From a virus (Duplodnaviria; Caudoviricetes), in IMG/VR virus record IMGVR_UViG_3300017747_004797, positions 1 through 26,393 of that record: a stretch of DNA of 26,393 bases. One strand, 5' to 3'. Below are positions 18,628 through 26,393 of the stretch, piece by piece; the stretch's first letter is position 1, and every line of letters starts with the position of its first letter. The notes under the pieces are model-generated. The model had not been told where the DNA came from and searched no databases. It saw only the letters and a program-made list of their open reading frames with translations. A program made the position numbers and the translations under genes.

Positions 18628-20520
18628 TTAATTATTACCGGGCATACCACTAGAAGAAGAACCAACAATGTCTCTAAAATAAGGAGCTAATGCTGGAACA
18701 GCTACTACGTCTTTCAATATATCTGATTTTTGCTGTTGCAATAACGTGTATCCATTTGACTGGTTGTTGTTGATAGCAGAAATGTATTCCTGAGTTGGAC
18801 CCTGTGCAACTTTAGCCCGTACCTGAGTAAGTAACGCCAACTGATTGTCTATTGCCTGACGCTCTGGATTATTTCTTGCACCTGTCATACCTCTGAGGCG
18901 CAGTTTAAGGCCTTCTTCAACAGCGGTAACGACTTTATCAATTGGGTTAAATATAGTTGAATCAAACAGTTTTTGCGCTGATCCCCATGTCCCAACATAG
19001 TTAACTTTCTTACCTGCTTTTGCTTCACGTTGCATTTGGGCCAAACGCTCTGATTGTATTAAGCCTTCGGTAACAGCATTGGTTGCTTGCTGTTTAAGCA
19101 TGTCCTCACGTGTCTTTGCAGTTTTCTCGTCAAAAACAATACCTTGTGTTTTAGCTTTGATGTCTAATTGATGTTGAGTCTGTGCTCGTTTTTCTGCATT
19201 AGCACCAAACGTACGTGCCTGAACAGTACTCTTGATTGACTCTTCATCTTTCTTTATATCTAGGACATCTTTTGCACTCTTGACTAAACGTTCTGTTACA
19301 GTTGCTGGTAAAGAGAATTCATTGAAACCATTTAGGAACCGATCAAGAATAACACTCTTCATCACTGAAGCGTCGCCTGTAGCATATTTACTAAGCAACC
19401 TGTTAATCATCTTTTCGCTAGTGCCATGAGCAAAGAAGTCGGCAGCACCTTTTTGTGCGTGTTCTATACCCGATACTTTTGCGTCCCATGTCTGTGGCAC
19501 AAATGTATCCATGACTTCTTTCATCATGGATGCAGCAACGGTGTCTACCGTTTTTTGTTCAGGCTCATCTAAATCAGAAAAAGTAAGTCCGCGTTCAGCT
19601 TCTCGATATGGAGCCATACGTGCATTGAATGCTTTTAATGTTTCACCATATTCTGGAATTACAACTGGAGGTGGTTGCGGCATAGCAGGTTTAGGCGCAA
19701 CACGAGCAGCTGGTTTCATTGGAGGTTTAACTGCACCAATGGCTGGAGCAGATACACCTACACCTAATTGTGGCGCAATTAATGTTCCATATAGACTAGA
19801 TGGAATCTGTGCTGTTTGAGGAACAAACGCACTAGGTGGTACACCTAGCATATTGGCAGAAGCAGCAGGGGACACTGCCGACGTAGCAGGTAATGTAGGT
19901 TCTGGAGCTATACCTGTACCCGGAGTTGGCAACACGCCAACTTTTTTCCCTCCATCTTCAGTTGGTTTTGTTAAACCCATAAAGTTAGGAAGTGGATCTA
20001 CAGTATAGTTTTTTGCTAGAGCATCAAGATCAATATCAGTCATACCTGCAGTTTGTGCAAGTTTGCCTAATGCATCTCGTGCAGCAATAACTCGGCTACG
20101 TGATGTGCGTACAGCGTCAAGCAGTTTACGTTGTTGGCTTGGGATAATGACCTTTGTTTTAGTAGGGTCTGAGTAATTTGTATAGGCATCCATTGCTGCT
20201 GTATATGCAGCATGAGGTTCAACTAAGGGTGTTAAAAAGGCAAGACGTTCTTTGACTGGAGCGTTTCTACCTTCACGTTCTGCAGCAGCAATTTGAGCAG
20301 CGGTCAACTTTGCCTGTTGTTCTGCTTGTTGTTTTGTTAATGCAAATTGCGCCAGCTGTTGTTCACGTGCTAATGACTTATCACGTAACTCCATCCCCAT
20401 TTGGGCCATACCAAGTTGCTGTTGCATGTTCTGCTGAGCAAATTGATTTCGCTGTTCATCTCTTCTTTGTCGAGCTTTATTTTGAGCATCGAGATATGAC
20501 ATTAATGCTAAAGGATTCAT
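18628..20520 (-). CDS. Putative internal virion / ejection protein (T7 gp15 / P22 gp20 positional equivalent)
   Basis: 630 aa, Gln-rich coiled N-terminus, Pro/Ala-rich linker, helical, no Cys; middle gene of the trio. Confidence 0.65.
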   Translation of the reverse strand: MNPLALMSYLDAQNKARQRRDEQRNQFAQQNMQQQLGMAQMGMELRDKSLAREQQLAQFALTKQQAEQQAKLTAAQIAAAEREGRNAPVKERLAFLTPLVEPHAAYTAAMDAYTNYSDPTKTKVIIPSQQRKLLDAVRTSRSRVIAARDALGKLAQTAGMTDIDLDALAKNYTVDPLPNFMGLTKPTEDGGKKVGVLPTPGTGIAPEPTLPATSAVSPAASANMLGVPPSAFVPQTAQIPSSLYGTLIAPQLGVGVSAPAIGAVKPPMKPAARVAPKPAMPQPPPVVIPEYGETLKAFNARMAPYREAERGLTFSDLDEPEQKTVDTVAASMMKEVMDTFVPQTWDAKVSGIEHAQKGAADFFAHGTSEKMINRLLSKYATGDASVMKSVILDRFLNGFNEFSLPATVTERLVKSAKDVLDIKKDEESIKSTVQARTFGANAEKRAQTQHQLDIKAKTQGIVFDEKTAKTREDMLKQQATNAVTEGLIQSERLAQMQREAKAGKKVNYVGTWGSAQKLFDSTIFNPIDKVVTAVEEGLKLRLRGMTGARNNPERQAIDNQLALLTQVRAKVAQGPTQEYISAINNNQSNGYTLLQQQKSDILKDVVAVPALAPYFRDIVGSSSSGMPGNN

Positions 20521-20522
20521 AG

Positions 20523-21458
20523 CTACTTTGGCCTCTGATATCGATTACCTACAACAAACGAATTATTGTTATATCCCGGTAAGTTAAATAAACTTGGATC
20601 ATAACCTGTATAACTCAGATTACCTTGAGGTCTGAACATTGGTTGAGAGGTTGTTTGTTGGCCAACGCCATATTTACTCATTGCTTCAATCATGGCATCG
20701 TTAGCTGCTTTTTGACTTGCTAATTGTTTATTAAACATCTGCTGGTTATTCTTACTTGCAAATACGTCACCAAGTATTCCCATTAGTGCAGACTGTTTAG
20801 AAGTTGCATCATCTAATAATGCTTGACGCTGTTGCCCTAATCCTTGCGCCATATTTGAAAGATCGCTATATCCACTCTGTAATGCGCCTACAGTTCCCAG
20901 CATTCCTTGGGATGCATTACCATATGCACCCGCAGCCATGCCTTGTGCTGCTGCAGCACGTGCAGGTGCATTAGCTTCATAGTTAGCACCAAAGTCGGCA
21001 AGTGATTTAGTAATGGCATTATTACCAGCGTTTGTAGCAGCTGTAGTTAAACCAGCACGAGCACCGCCATACAATCCAGCGTTAGAAGCTGCGCGTTGTG
21101 CAGCAGCACCTGCCTGTTGATTTTGCGTCTGCATTATTTCATTAACTGGCCCAACACCTTTAAAAGTGTCGGTTGCTGTCAATGGTTTGTTTGCAGCTTC
21201 AATTGCCATGTCAGTTGTTTTTTGATAAACAGGATTGTACTTGTTGTACATTTCCTGCTGATCGTTTAAATACTTGTCGTAGTAATTCATCAACCTGCGC
21301 TTGCGATTGTAATCGCTTTGCTGTTGCGCAAGCATAGGATTTTGATTGGGTCTAATCAAAGAACCTGCAAGCATAGAAACGCCAAGTTCACCAAGCGGAC
21401 CTGCAGCTGCTCCAGCAGCTTTACTTGCAAAATCACCCCAGAAATTATTTTTTGCCAT
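20523..21458 (-). CDS. Putative DNA pilot / ejection protein (T7 gp14 / P22 gp7 positional equivalent)
   Basis: 311 aa, N-terminal AAGAAAGPLGELGVSMLAG, Gly/Ala/Gln-rich, GLYGG motif, no Cys. Confidence 0.7.
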   Translation of the reverse strand: MAKNNFWGDFASKAAGAAAGPLGELGVSMLAGSLIRPNQNPMLAQQQSDYNRKRRLMNYYDKYLNDQQEMYNKYNPVYQKTTDMAIEAANKPLTATDTFKGVGPVNEIMQTQNQQAGAAAQRAASNAGLYGGARAGLTTAATNAGNNAITKSLADFGANYEANAPARAAAAQGMAAGAYGNASQGMLGTVGALQSGYSDLSNMAQGLGQQRQALLDDATSKQSALMGILGDVFASKNNQQMFNKQLASQKAANDAMIEAMSKYGVGQQTTSQPMFRPQGNLSYTGYDPSLFNLPGYNNNSFVVGNRYQRPK

Positions 21459-21477
21459 GACGTTTACCTATAACCTA

Positions 21478-21948
21478 TTAAACAACAGCCTTATCTAATA
21501 AGGCAAGCCACCCGTAATTGTTCGATGAGTCCATACATGCAAGCCATGTAACAGTCTCATATTGCTTAGTTAATCCAGTCCAAGTTGAGTAATACCAAAG
21601 TGCAGAAGGAGTATCTACTGCAAAAGTTATAGTGTTTGTACCTGAATCCATTTTAACTGCAATTACTCTACGTCCATAACAAGACGCTGCTTGCGGTAGT
21701 GTTAAAACAAAACTAGCAGTTGATGCATTACATATAGCTAATTGATCTGCATATGTAATTTCCGCAGCAGCAGTGTAAATTGTTTGCTGCATTTGATTAG
21801 ACGAATATGGATTAGGTGGTTCACCAATAAACAATGTAGGCTGAGCAATGACTTGGCTTTTACCGGGGCCGTATGCTTTATTACGTTCCGGTGTTTGGTT
21901 GCGACCTAATTCGCTATCTGGGTTAAGTACTGGTGCTGGAGTAGGCAT
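21478..21948 (-). CDS. Small virion/tail-associated beta protein
   Basis: CNASTASFVLTLPQA...GRRVIAVKMDSGTNTITF resembles the TLP...G...K.D pattern of phage tail-fibre/baseplate modules; TAATG-coupled to the nozzle gene. Confidence 0.55.
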   Translation of the reverse strand: MPTPAPVLNPDSELGRNQTPERNKAYGPGKSQVIAQPTLFIGEPPNPYSSNQMQQTIYTAAAEITYADQLAICNASTASFVLTLPQAASCYGRRVIAVKMDSGTNTITFAVDTPSALWYYSTWTGLTKQYETVTWLACMDSSNNYGWLALLDKAVV

Positions 21949-24900
21949 TATGTTCTCGGAGTATTTCCTTCAGTTGTCTGAACGTGCATTGCAAACATAG
22001 ACCATTGTTGAGACGATGTACCTGTCAGATTTACATCAAAAGCTTGTTGATCAGCTGTACGAGTAATACTGCGCAATGCAGCAACTTCATTTGTCACCGC
22101 TGGCCATTCATGGAATCCAGTTGAACTGTAACCTTTAATTCCTGTAAGACTCCAGTTAATCATCATCGGGACCGTTGCTTGGTTATTTATATGGAGCAGT
22201 AATCCATGCAATTTGTTTGCACTGTAGTACATTGCACCTTCAGCAAACGTTTGACCATACTGACGAGTTTTAATATCCCATGAAATTGGAGTTGATGTAC
22301 GTGTTACGTTAGCAGTTGACGCATAAACGTTATCTGACCAACTTTCTACTTTGTATAACTTTCCGTCACGTCCACCAGCATATAACTCTTGGCTATCATC
22401 AGCGGATTCCAGTACGACTACACTTGTAAAGCCAACTGGATTAAGCCACGTTACCCATCCTTGGCTACGTGAATCAAACACATAAGTGACACTGTTTGCA
22501 GTTGTAGATGTGTCTGTTTGAACCGGAGCTAACATTATCAATCGCCGATCCTGACTTGCAAGAACTATCTTTGAATATAATGCTGGGCTTATATAGTTAT
22601 TTGATTGAGATGTAAAGTTTTGACTATTGATGTTTAAAACACCCTCAAGTGCAATTGACTTTGGTGCAAGTGTAGTGCTTTGCAATTCCATTAGTCCGCT
22701 TGCTGTAAGGTACACAAGCTTACTCATGACAATTGCATATCCGCGCTTAGCCAATAGGCCCGACGTACCTTGTTGTAAAAAACCTTGACTTGCAAAATTG
22801 TGAGGACTATCTCCCGTAAGGAGATAAGTACTACGTTCTCGCATAATCACAAGAACAGCGGATGTACTGTTGTCGCGAATTAAACCATCGCCTTGTACTG
22901 CAACCATTGCCTGAATCTGTTCTTCGTCAGTCCTGTTACTAATACTAAATTGAGTACCCTTGATTGATACTTCAGGGTCAGTAACATCAGGCAATAAGGT
23001 AGTGTAAATTCCGTATTCATTACCCGGAGTAATTAACCAACTTGCATATATAGCATTCTTCTTACTTACGAATAGACGTTGATTGTAAGTAGATACTACA
23101 TCACACCCAGTAGGAAACTGATCTTTGCCCGTTCGCAATCTATAGCCAAGTGTTCCCGGACCGTTGTCAAAAAATAATGCAGAGTCTTGTACTTGATCAA
23201 CAATTGTCAAGTTGGTAGATACGCCAGATGACGACGTAGTTAAACCTTTCCAAATAGATCCAGACGAATAAACGGATCCAGTGTCAAGATCAATAAAACC
23301 AATCAACTTTGGTTGGGTTCCACCAGAAACTGTATTGTTTCTATAGATCAAGCAATACTTATATATTGGAGTACTGCCAGTTAACCCATTCTTTAGTTGC
23401 GTGGGCGTATAAGGAATAGATAATGAAACGCTGTTAATTGCAGCCGTTACAACTACTTCATTACTCAATTTAGATGGGACTGTTTCAAACCCATTCCCAC
23501 TGGGTACTTCAGCAGTAGGAGTAAATTGATTAGCTCCAGACGTAACAGCAGCAGTAAATTGGAAAGCAGTACCAATTAATGTAGAGTCTGTTGTTATTGT
23601 AAATGTAGTTGTAGACGGAACAGATTTTACATAATACGTCGTCGTAGTCGATACTCCACCTACAGTACCGGTGAATGTTAATGCGCAACCTAAACCTAAA
23701 TAGTGAGGCGCGGCTGTAGTTATTACAGTTCCATTTAACGCAGCAGTAAAGTTAACGCTTGCCCAACTAGGTGTTGACGTTGTGGTTGGTAATAAGTAAG
23801 GTCGCCATAACGTAAAGGCATATGTGTATTTTGAATCTGGCGTTAAAGACCCTTGACGTACAACATTACCAAAACTAATTACCCACTCGTTGTTAAAGAA
23901 GCCACTTAAGTCAAAGTCGTTTTTGATGTAAATGGCAGCAACTTGCGATCTAAACGTAGACGATATAGGAAATAATTGCCACGTTAAAAATCCATTATCT
24001 TTATCGTAACTACACTGCCCAGTAAAGTACATGGCATTACCACTACGGATGCCTAGACTAAATGGTGGAACAGATTGATTTATCTTGTCACTAAAAGCTG
24101 ACTGCACACTGAGAGATTGAACGTCACGTAAATCAACGGCAAGTTGAAACGTGTTTGACCCAGTAGTTACGTTAGCAGTAAACAGATAAACGTTACCTTG
24201 CAGTGTTTGATCTGTTGTAACAACAAATTGAGTTGGAGACGATATCTGCTTGACGTAGTACGTTGTTGTAGTAGAAGTGCCACCAGTAGTTGTAGTAAAA
24301 AATATTGAGTTACCTACGTTTAAGTTATGCGGAACAGTTGTTGTTATTGCAGCAAAACCATTAGACGCAGTAAATTCAACTGTAGGACTAATATTGATTT
24401 TCACGTATTCATTTGCTACATAGTCAACAAATGAATTTGGCGGATTAGTCTCACTTAACCAAGTTGTGTTTGCTTGGTTTGTAGATAGCTTTACCAAACC
24501 TTTTGCATCATCTTGAGTTTCTGCAATTTGAAAACGACTATTTAATGCATGTAGGTAAACATCATCAATGTAAACAAATGAGTCTCCACCTCTATTAAAT
24601 GCAGCTTGCACACGAACTTTTATACCTGTTAGTATTTTGTCAAATGCTCTAAAGTCAATCAGTAGTTGAAGCTTTTGCCAGTCACCTGAACTTTGTCCAG
24701 CTGCAACTTCGAGGTTAGTCTGTAATGTTGCACCAATGATTTCTTGACTATTGGTAAACGCACTTGTGCCAGATTTTTGATAGCCCTGAACTAACACATC
24801 TAAGTTGTTTTGGCTAACAAAGTTAGTTAGGTCATCTTGGTTATATGCATAGAACGTCAAACAGTACAATCCGGCATTGTGTTGCGGGATAATGTAGTTT

Positions 24901-26033
24901 GTGCCAAGAGTTACTCCGGGAGCGGTTAACGTAACCGCTGCAGCAACCAATGTTGGATCAGTTGTCACAGTTAAGGTTGTAGTAGTGATAGTTTTAACGT
25001 AATAGTTTGTTCCAGCCGTTAGCCCAGCTATTGTGACTGTAAATCTAATAATCTGCCCAACAACGAGGCTGTGCCCACCAGCAATAGTCAACGTTGATGA
25101 TGATGCACTTCCTGTAAATGCAAGCGGTGTTTCATCCTTAGTCACAACAACATTTGCAATGTTTATATCTTGGAAAAAGTAGTCTTGTGGTTTATCTATT
25201 TTTAAACAAAACCCAGTAGATCCATTTCTTGTAAGGATATAGTTGTCAGGGTTTTTAGCTGTGTCGCTAAATACATTATAAGTAATAGATGCTACAGTTT
25301 TTGTGCCACTAGTAATGCGTTGAGTATCACCTGTGTTGTAATTCCATTGACCAAAACCGCTAGATGTAGAACTGCTAAAATCACCGTTTGTTATTAAGTT
25401 AGTTATGGTTGATGGAGCACTGCCAAAACTAGAAGTATCGATGGCCGTTTTATTAGTGTTGTTAATCGTACGGACAATAATAGATGATGCTGTAGCAATA
25501 GCTGCATAAGGAGAAACATCAACTAATACAGGTACCGATTCACCTTCAACTATATTGTCATTCATCCGTACCCGAAACAGTGGATAACTTCCACCAGCTA
25601 CACCATAAATGTACTGGCCATACGAAACCATGCGTACGTTTTCACTACTATTAAACGCAAACGACGCACCTGTTGTCCTGTCAATGATTTCAACTGGCTG
25701 ATTATTTAAAGTCCCATATAACGATGTGTCCCAGTAATACAATTTGTTATTACACGTGAAAACAATCTTGCTCTGCTGTCCATTGTCTTTAAGTGCTACG
25801 GTTTCCCAGATCGGTTGAGGCAACGCATAGTTTGCACTGCCAGTAGTTGAATGCCAACATGTGTTCCAACCGTTACGTGGCTGTAATGTATTACCTATGA
25901 TCTGGACATTGTTCAGGCGTTGAAAAAAACCTTCTTGTAATTTGTTTGGTGCGTTATATGTGTCAATGCCAGTAAATCGTGCATCACCTAATGTAAAGGC
26001 TTGTTGGTTGTTAGTTACCATTCGTGTAGACAT
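21948..26033 (-). CDS. Tail nozzle / packaged-DNA stabilization protein (T7 gp12 / P22 gp10-like beta-propeller) with inserted accessory domains
   Basis: N-terminal FTGID...LNNV...LQPRNG; propeller-like blades (YNQRLFV, VFDSRSQGW, LYAGGRDGKLY); C-terminal WDIKTRQY; located just before the ejection trio. Confidence 0.8.
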   Translation of the reverse strand: MSTRMVTNNQQAFTLGDARFTGIDTYNAPNKLQEGFFQRLNNVQIIGNTLQPRNGWNTCWHSTTGSANYALPQPIWETVALKDNGQQSKIVFTCNNKLYYWDTSLYGTLNNQPVEIIDRTTGASFAFNSSENVRMVSYGQYIYGVAGGSYPLFRVRMNDNIVEGESVPVLVDVSPYAAIATASSIIVRTINNTNKTAIDTSSFGSAPSTITNLITNGDFSSSTSSGFGQWNYNTGDTQRITSGTKTVASITYNVFSDTAKNPDNYILTRNGSTGFCLKIDKPQDYFFQDINIANVVVTKDETPLAFTGSASSSTLTIAGGHSLVVGQIIRFTVTIAGLTAGTNYYVKTITTTTLTVTTDPTLVAAAVTLTAPGVTLGTNYIIPQHNAGLYCLTFYAYNQDDLTNFVSQNNLDVLVQGYQKSGTSAFTNSQEIIGATLQTNLEVAAGQSSGDWQKLQLLIDFRAFDKILTGIKVRVQAAFNRGGDSFVYIDDVYLHALNSRFQIAETQDDAKGLVKLSTNQANTTWLSETNPPNSFVDYVANEYVKINISPTVEFTASNGFAAITTTVPHNLNVGNSIFFTTTTGGTSTTTTYYVKQISSPTQFVVTTDQTLQGNVYLFTANVTTGSNTFQLAVDLRDVQSLSVQSAFSDKINQSVPPFSLGIRSGNAMYFTGQCSYDKDNGFLTWQLFPISSTFRSQVAAIYIKNDFDLSGFFNNEWVISFGNVVRQGSLTPDSKYTYAFTLWRPYLLPTTTSTPSWASVNFTAALNGTVITTAAPHYLGLGCALTFTGTVGGVSTTTTYYVKSVPSTTTFTITTDSTLIGTAFQFTAAVTSGANQFTPTAEVPSGNGFETVPSKLSNEVVVTAAINSVSLSIPYTPTQLKNGLTGSTPIYKYCLIYRNNTVSGGTQPKLIGFIDLDTGSVYSSGSIWKGLTTSSSGVSTNLTIVDQVQDSALFFDNGPGTLGYRLRTGKDQFPTGCDVVSTYNQRLFVSKKNAIYASWLITPGNEYGIYTTLLPDVTDPEVSIKGTQFSISNRTDEEQIQAMVAVQGDGLIRDNSTSAVLVIMRERSTYLLTGDSPHNFASQGFLQQGTSGLLAKRGYAIVMSKLVYLTASGLMELQSTTLAPKSIALEGVLNINSQNFTSQSNNYISPALYSKIVLASQDRRLIMLAPVQTDTSTTANSVTYVFDSRSQGWVTWLNPVGFTSVVVLESADDSQELYAGGRDGKLYKVESWSDNVYASTANVTRTSTPISWDIKTRQYGQTFAEGAMYYSANKLHGLLLHINNQATVPMMINWSLTGIKGYSSTGFHEWPAVTNEVAALRSITRTADQQAFDVNLTGTSSQQWSMFAMHVQTTEGNTPRT
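23520..23756 (-). repeat. 79-aa beta module, copy 3 (E1 FCCH-like)
   Basis: VNFTA...PHYLGLGCALTF...TTYYVKSVPSTTTFTITTDSTL...GANQFT. Confidence 0.9.
24144..24380 (-). repeat. 79-aa beta module, copy 2 (E1 FCCH-like)
   Basis: VEFTA...PHNLNVGNSIFF...TTYYVKQISSPTQFVVTTDQTL...GSNTFQ. Confidence 0.9.
24891..25124 (-). repeat. ~78-aa beta module, copy 1 (E1 FCCH-like)
   Basis: LAFTG...GGHSLVVGQIIRF...GTNYYVKTITTTTLTVTTDPTL...GTNYI. Confidence 0.85.
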
Positions 26034-26290
26034 TATGATTGCTCCTTAGTCCACGTAGACCCTAGCGTACCGGGGCGCGACCACGGGTCAGTTGGTGTAC
26101 TTGCTCTAGTATACGTGCTAGTAACAGTACCTTCTGGAACCCATAAGCTACTGACCGTGCCATCTTGCGTATATACAGATGTGACTGTGCCGGGGCGTGT
26201 CCATAGATCAGTTGACACAGGTGGTGTTGTAGTACTGCTACTTACACCACCTAGCCAGAACCCTAATATACTTCTGTATCCAGCTGCCAT
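26033..26290 (-). CDS. Small virion-region protein with 10-aa W/Y-x-x-x-G-T-V-T-S repeats
   Basis: 85 aa, TAATG-coupled at both ends; LWTRPGTVTS / VYTQDGTVSS / LWVPEGTVTS / TYTRASTPTD / PWSRPGTLGS / TWTKEQ. Confidence 0.75.
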   Translation of the reverse strand: MAAGYRSILGFWLGGVSSSTTTPPVSTDLWTRPGTVTSVYTQDGTVSSLWVPEGTVTSTYTRASTPTDPWSRPGTLGSTWTKEQS

Positions 26291-26393
26291 TATGCAGGAT
26301 CACTTCCTGTAATTGGTATAGCTCCAGAGTCAGTCGTTAACGTGGATGTCCACGCGGTGGTGACATCATCTTCGGCATATACAGTTAACGTAG
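26290..26393 (-). CDS. C-terminal end of an upstream late protein (partial)
   Basis: Translated by hand: ...TLTVYAEDDVTTAWTSTLTTDSGAIPITGSDPA*; its TAA overlaps the next ATG (TAATG). Confidence 0.7.
   Translation of the reverse strand, partial: TLTVYAEDDVTTAWTSTLTTDSGAIPITGSDPA

Larger units (their letters stand above)
1..26393. mobile_element. Tailed phage (or prophage) genome segment: replication/recombination module convergent with a podovirus-like tail/ejection/lysis module
   Basis: Dense, coupled ORFs; initiator-loader-DnaB cassette; Gam-like, annealase-like and VRR-NUC genes; nozzle, three ejection-type proteins and CHAP lysin; no host housekeeping genes. No integrase or att site in the window. 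Confidence 0.95.

Noticed and set aside
7698-20522. Many short + strand ORFs opposite the late genes and shadow ORFs such as 15673-16083
   Set aside because: Fully nested in long ORFs, with shadow-frame composition and no recognisable motifs.
23520-25124. The repeats as DGR template/variable repeats, invertible cassettes or inteins
   Set aside because: Copies diverge at all bases rather than adenines only; no reverse transcriptase or invertase in the window; no intein-type termini.
1-26393. tRNA, rRNA, CRISPR array, integrase/att site, stop-codon reassignment
   Set aside because: Almost no non-coding space, no spaced direct repeats or cloverleaf seen, and genes tile fully under the standard code using TAA, TAG and TGA stops.

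Overview
The whole window is a fragment of a tailed dsDNA bacteriophage genome (Caudoviricetes, podovirus-like virion) in two convergent blocks. The + strand (1-6683) is an early/middle module: small Cys-motif hypotheticals, a VRR-NUC nuclease, a putative single-strand annealing protein, a Mu-Gam-like protein, an LmbU-family regulator, an HTH replication initiator, a putative helicase loader and DnaB. The - strand (26393 down to 6663) is the distal late operon: small virion proteins, a 1361-aa tail nozzle/stabilization protein, three putative ejection proteins (311, 630 and 3726 aa) and a CHAP amidase overlapping the dnaB 3' end. The most unusual observations are: (1) a Cys-free 3726-aa ejection/polyvalent protein with an HExxH motif; (2) a ~79-aa module inserted three times into apparently different domains of the nozzle; (3) apparent total absence of CCWGG; (4) two promoter-hairpin leaders, one before the LmbU-like gene; (5) a possible overprinted holin. 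All family assignments come from motif recognition by eye; no database search was run.
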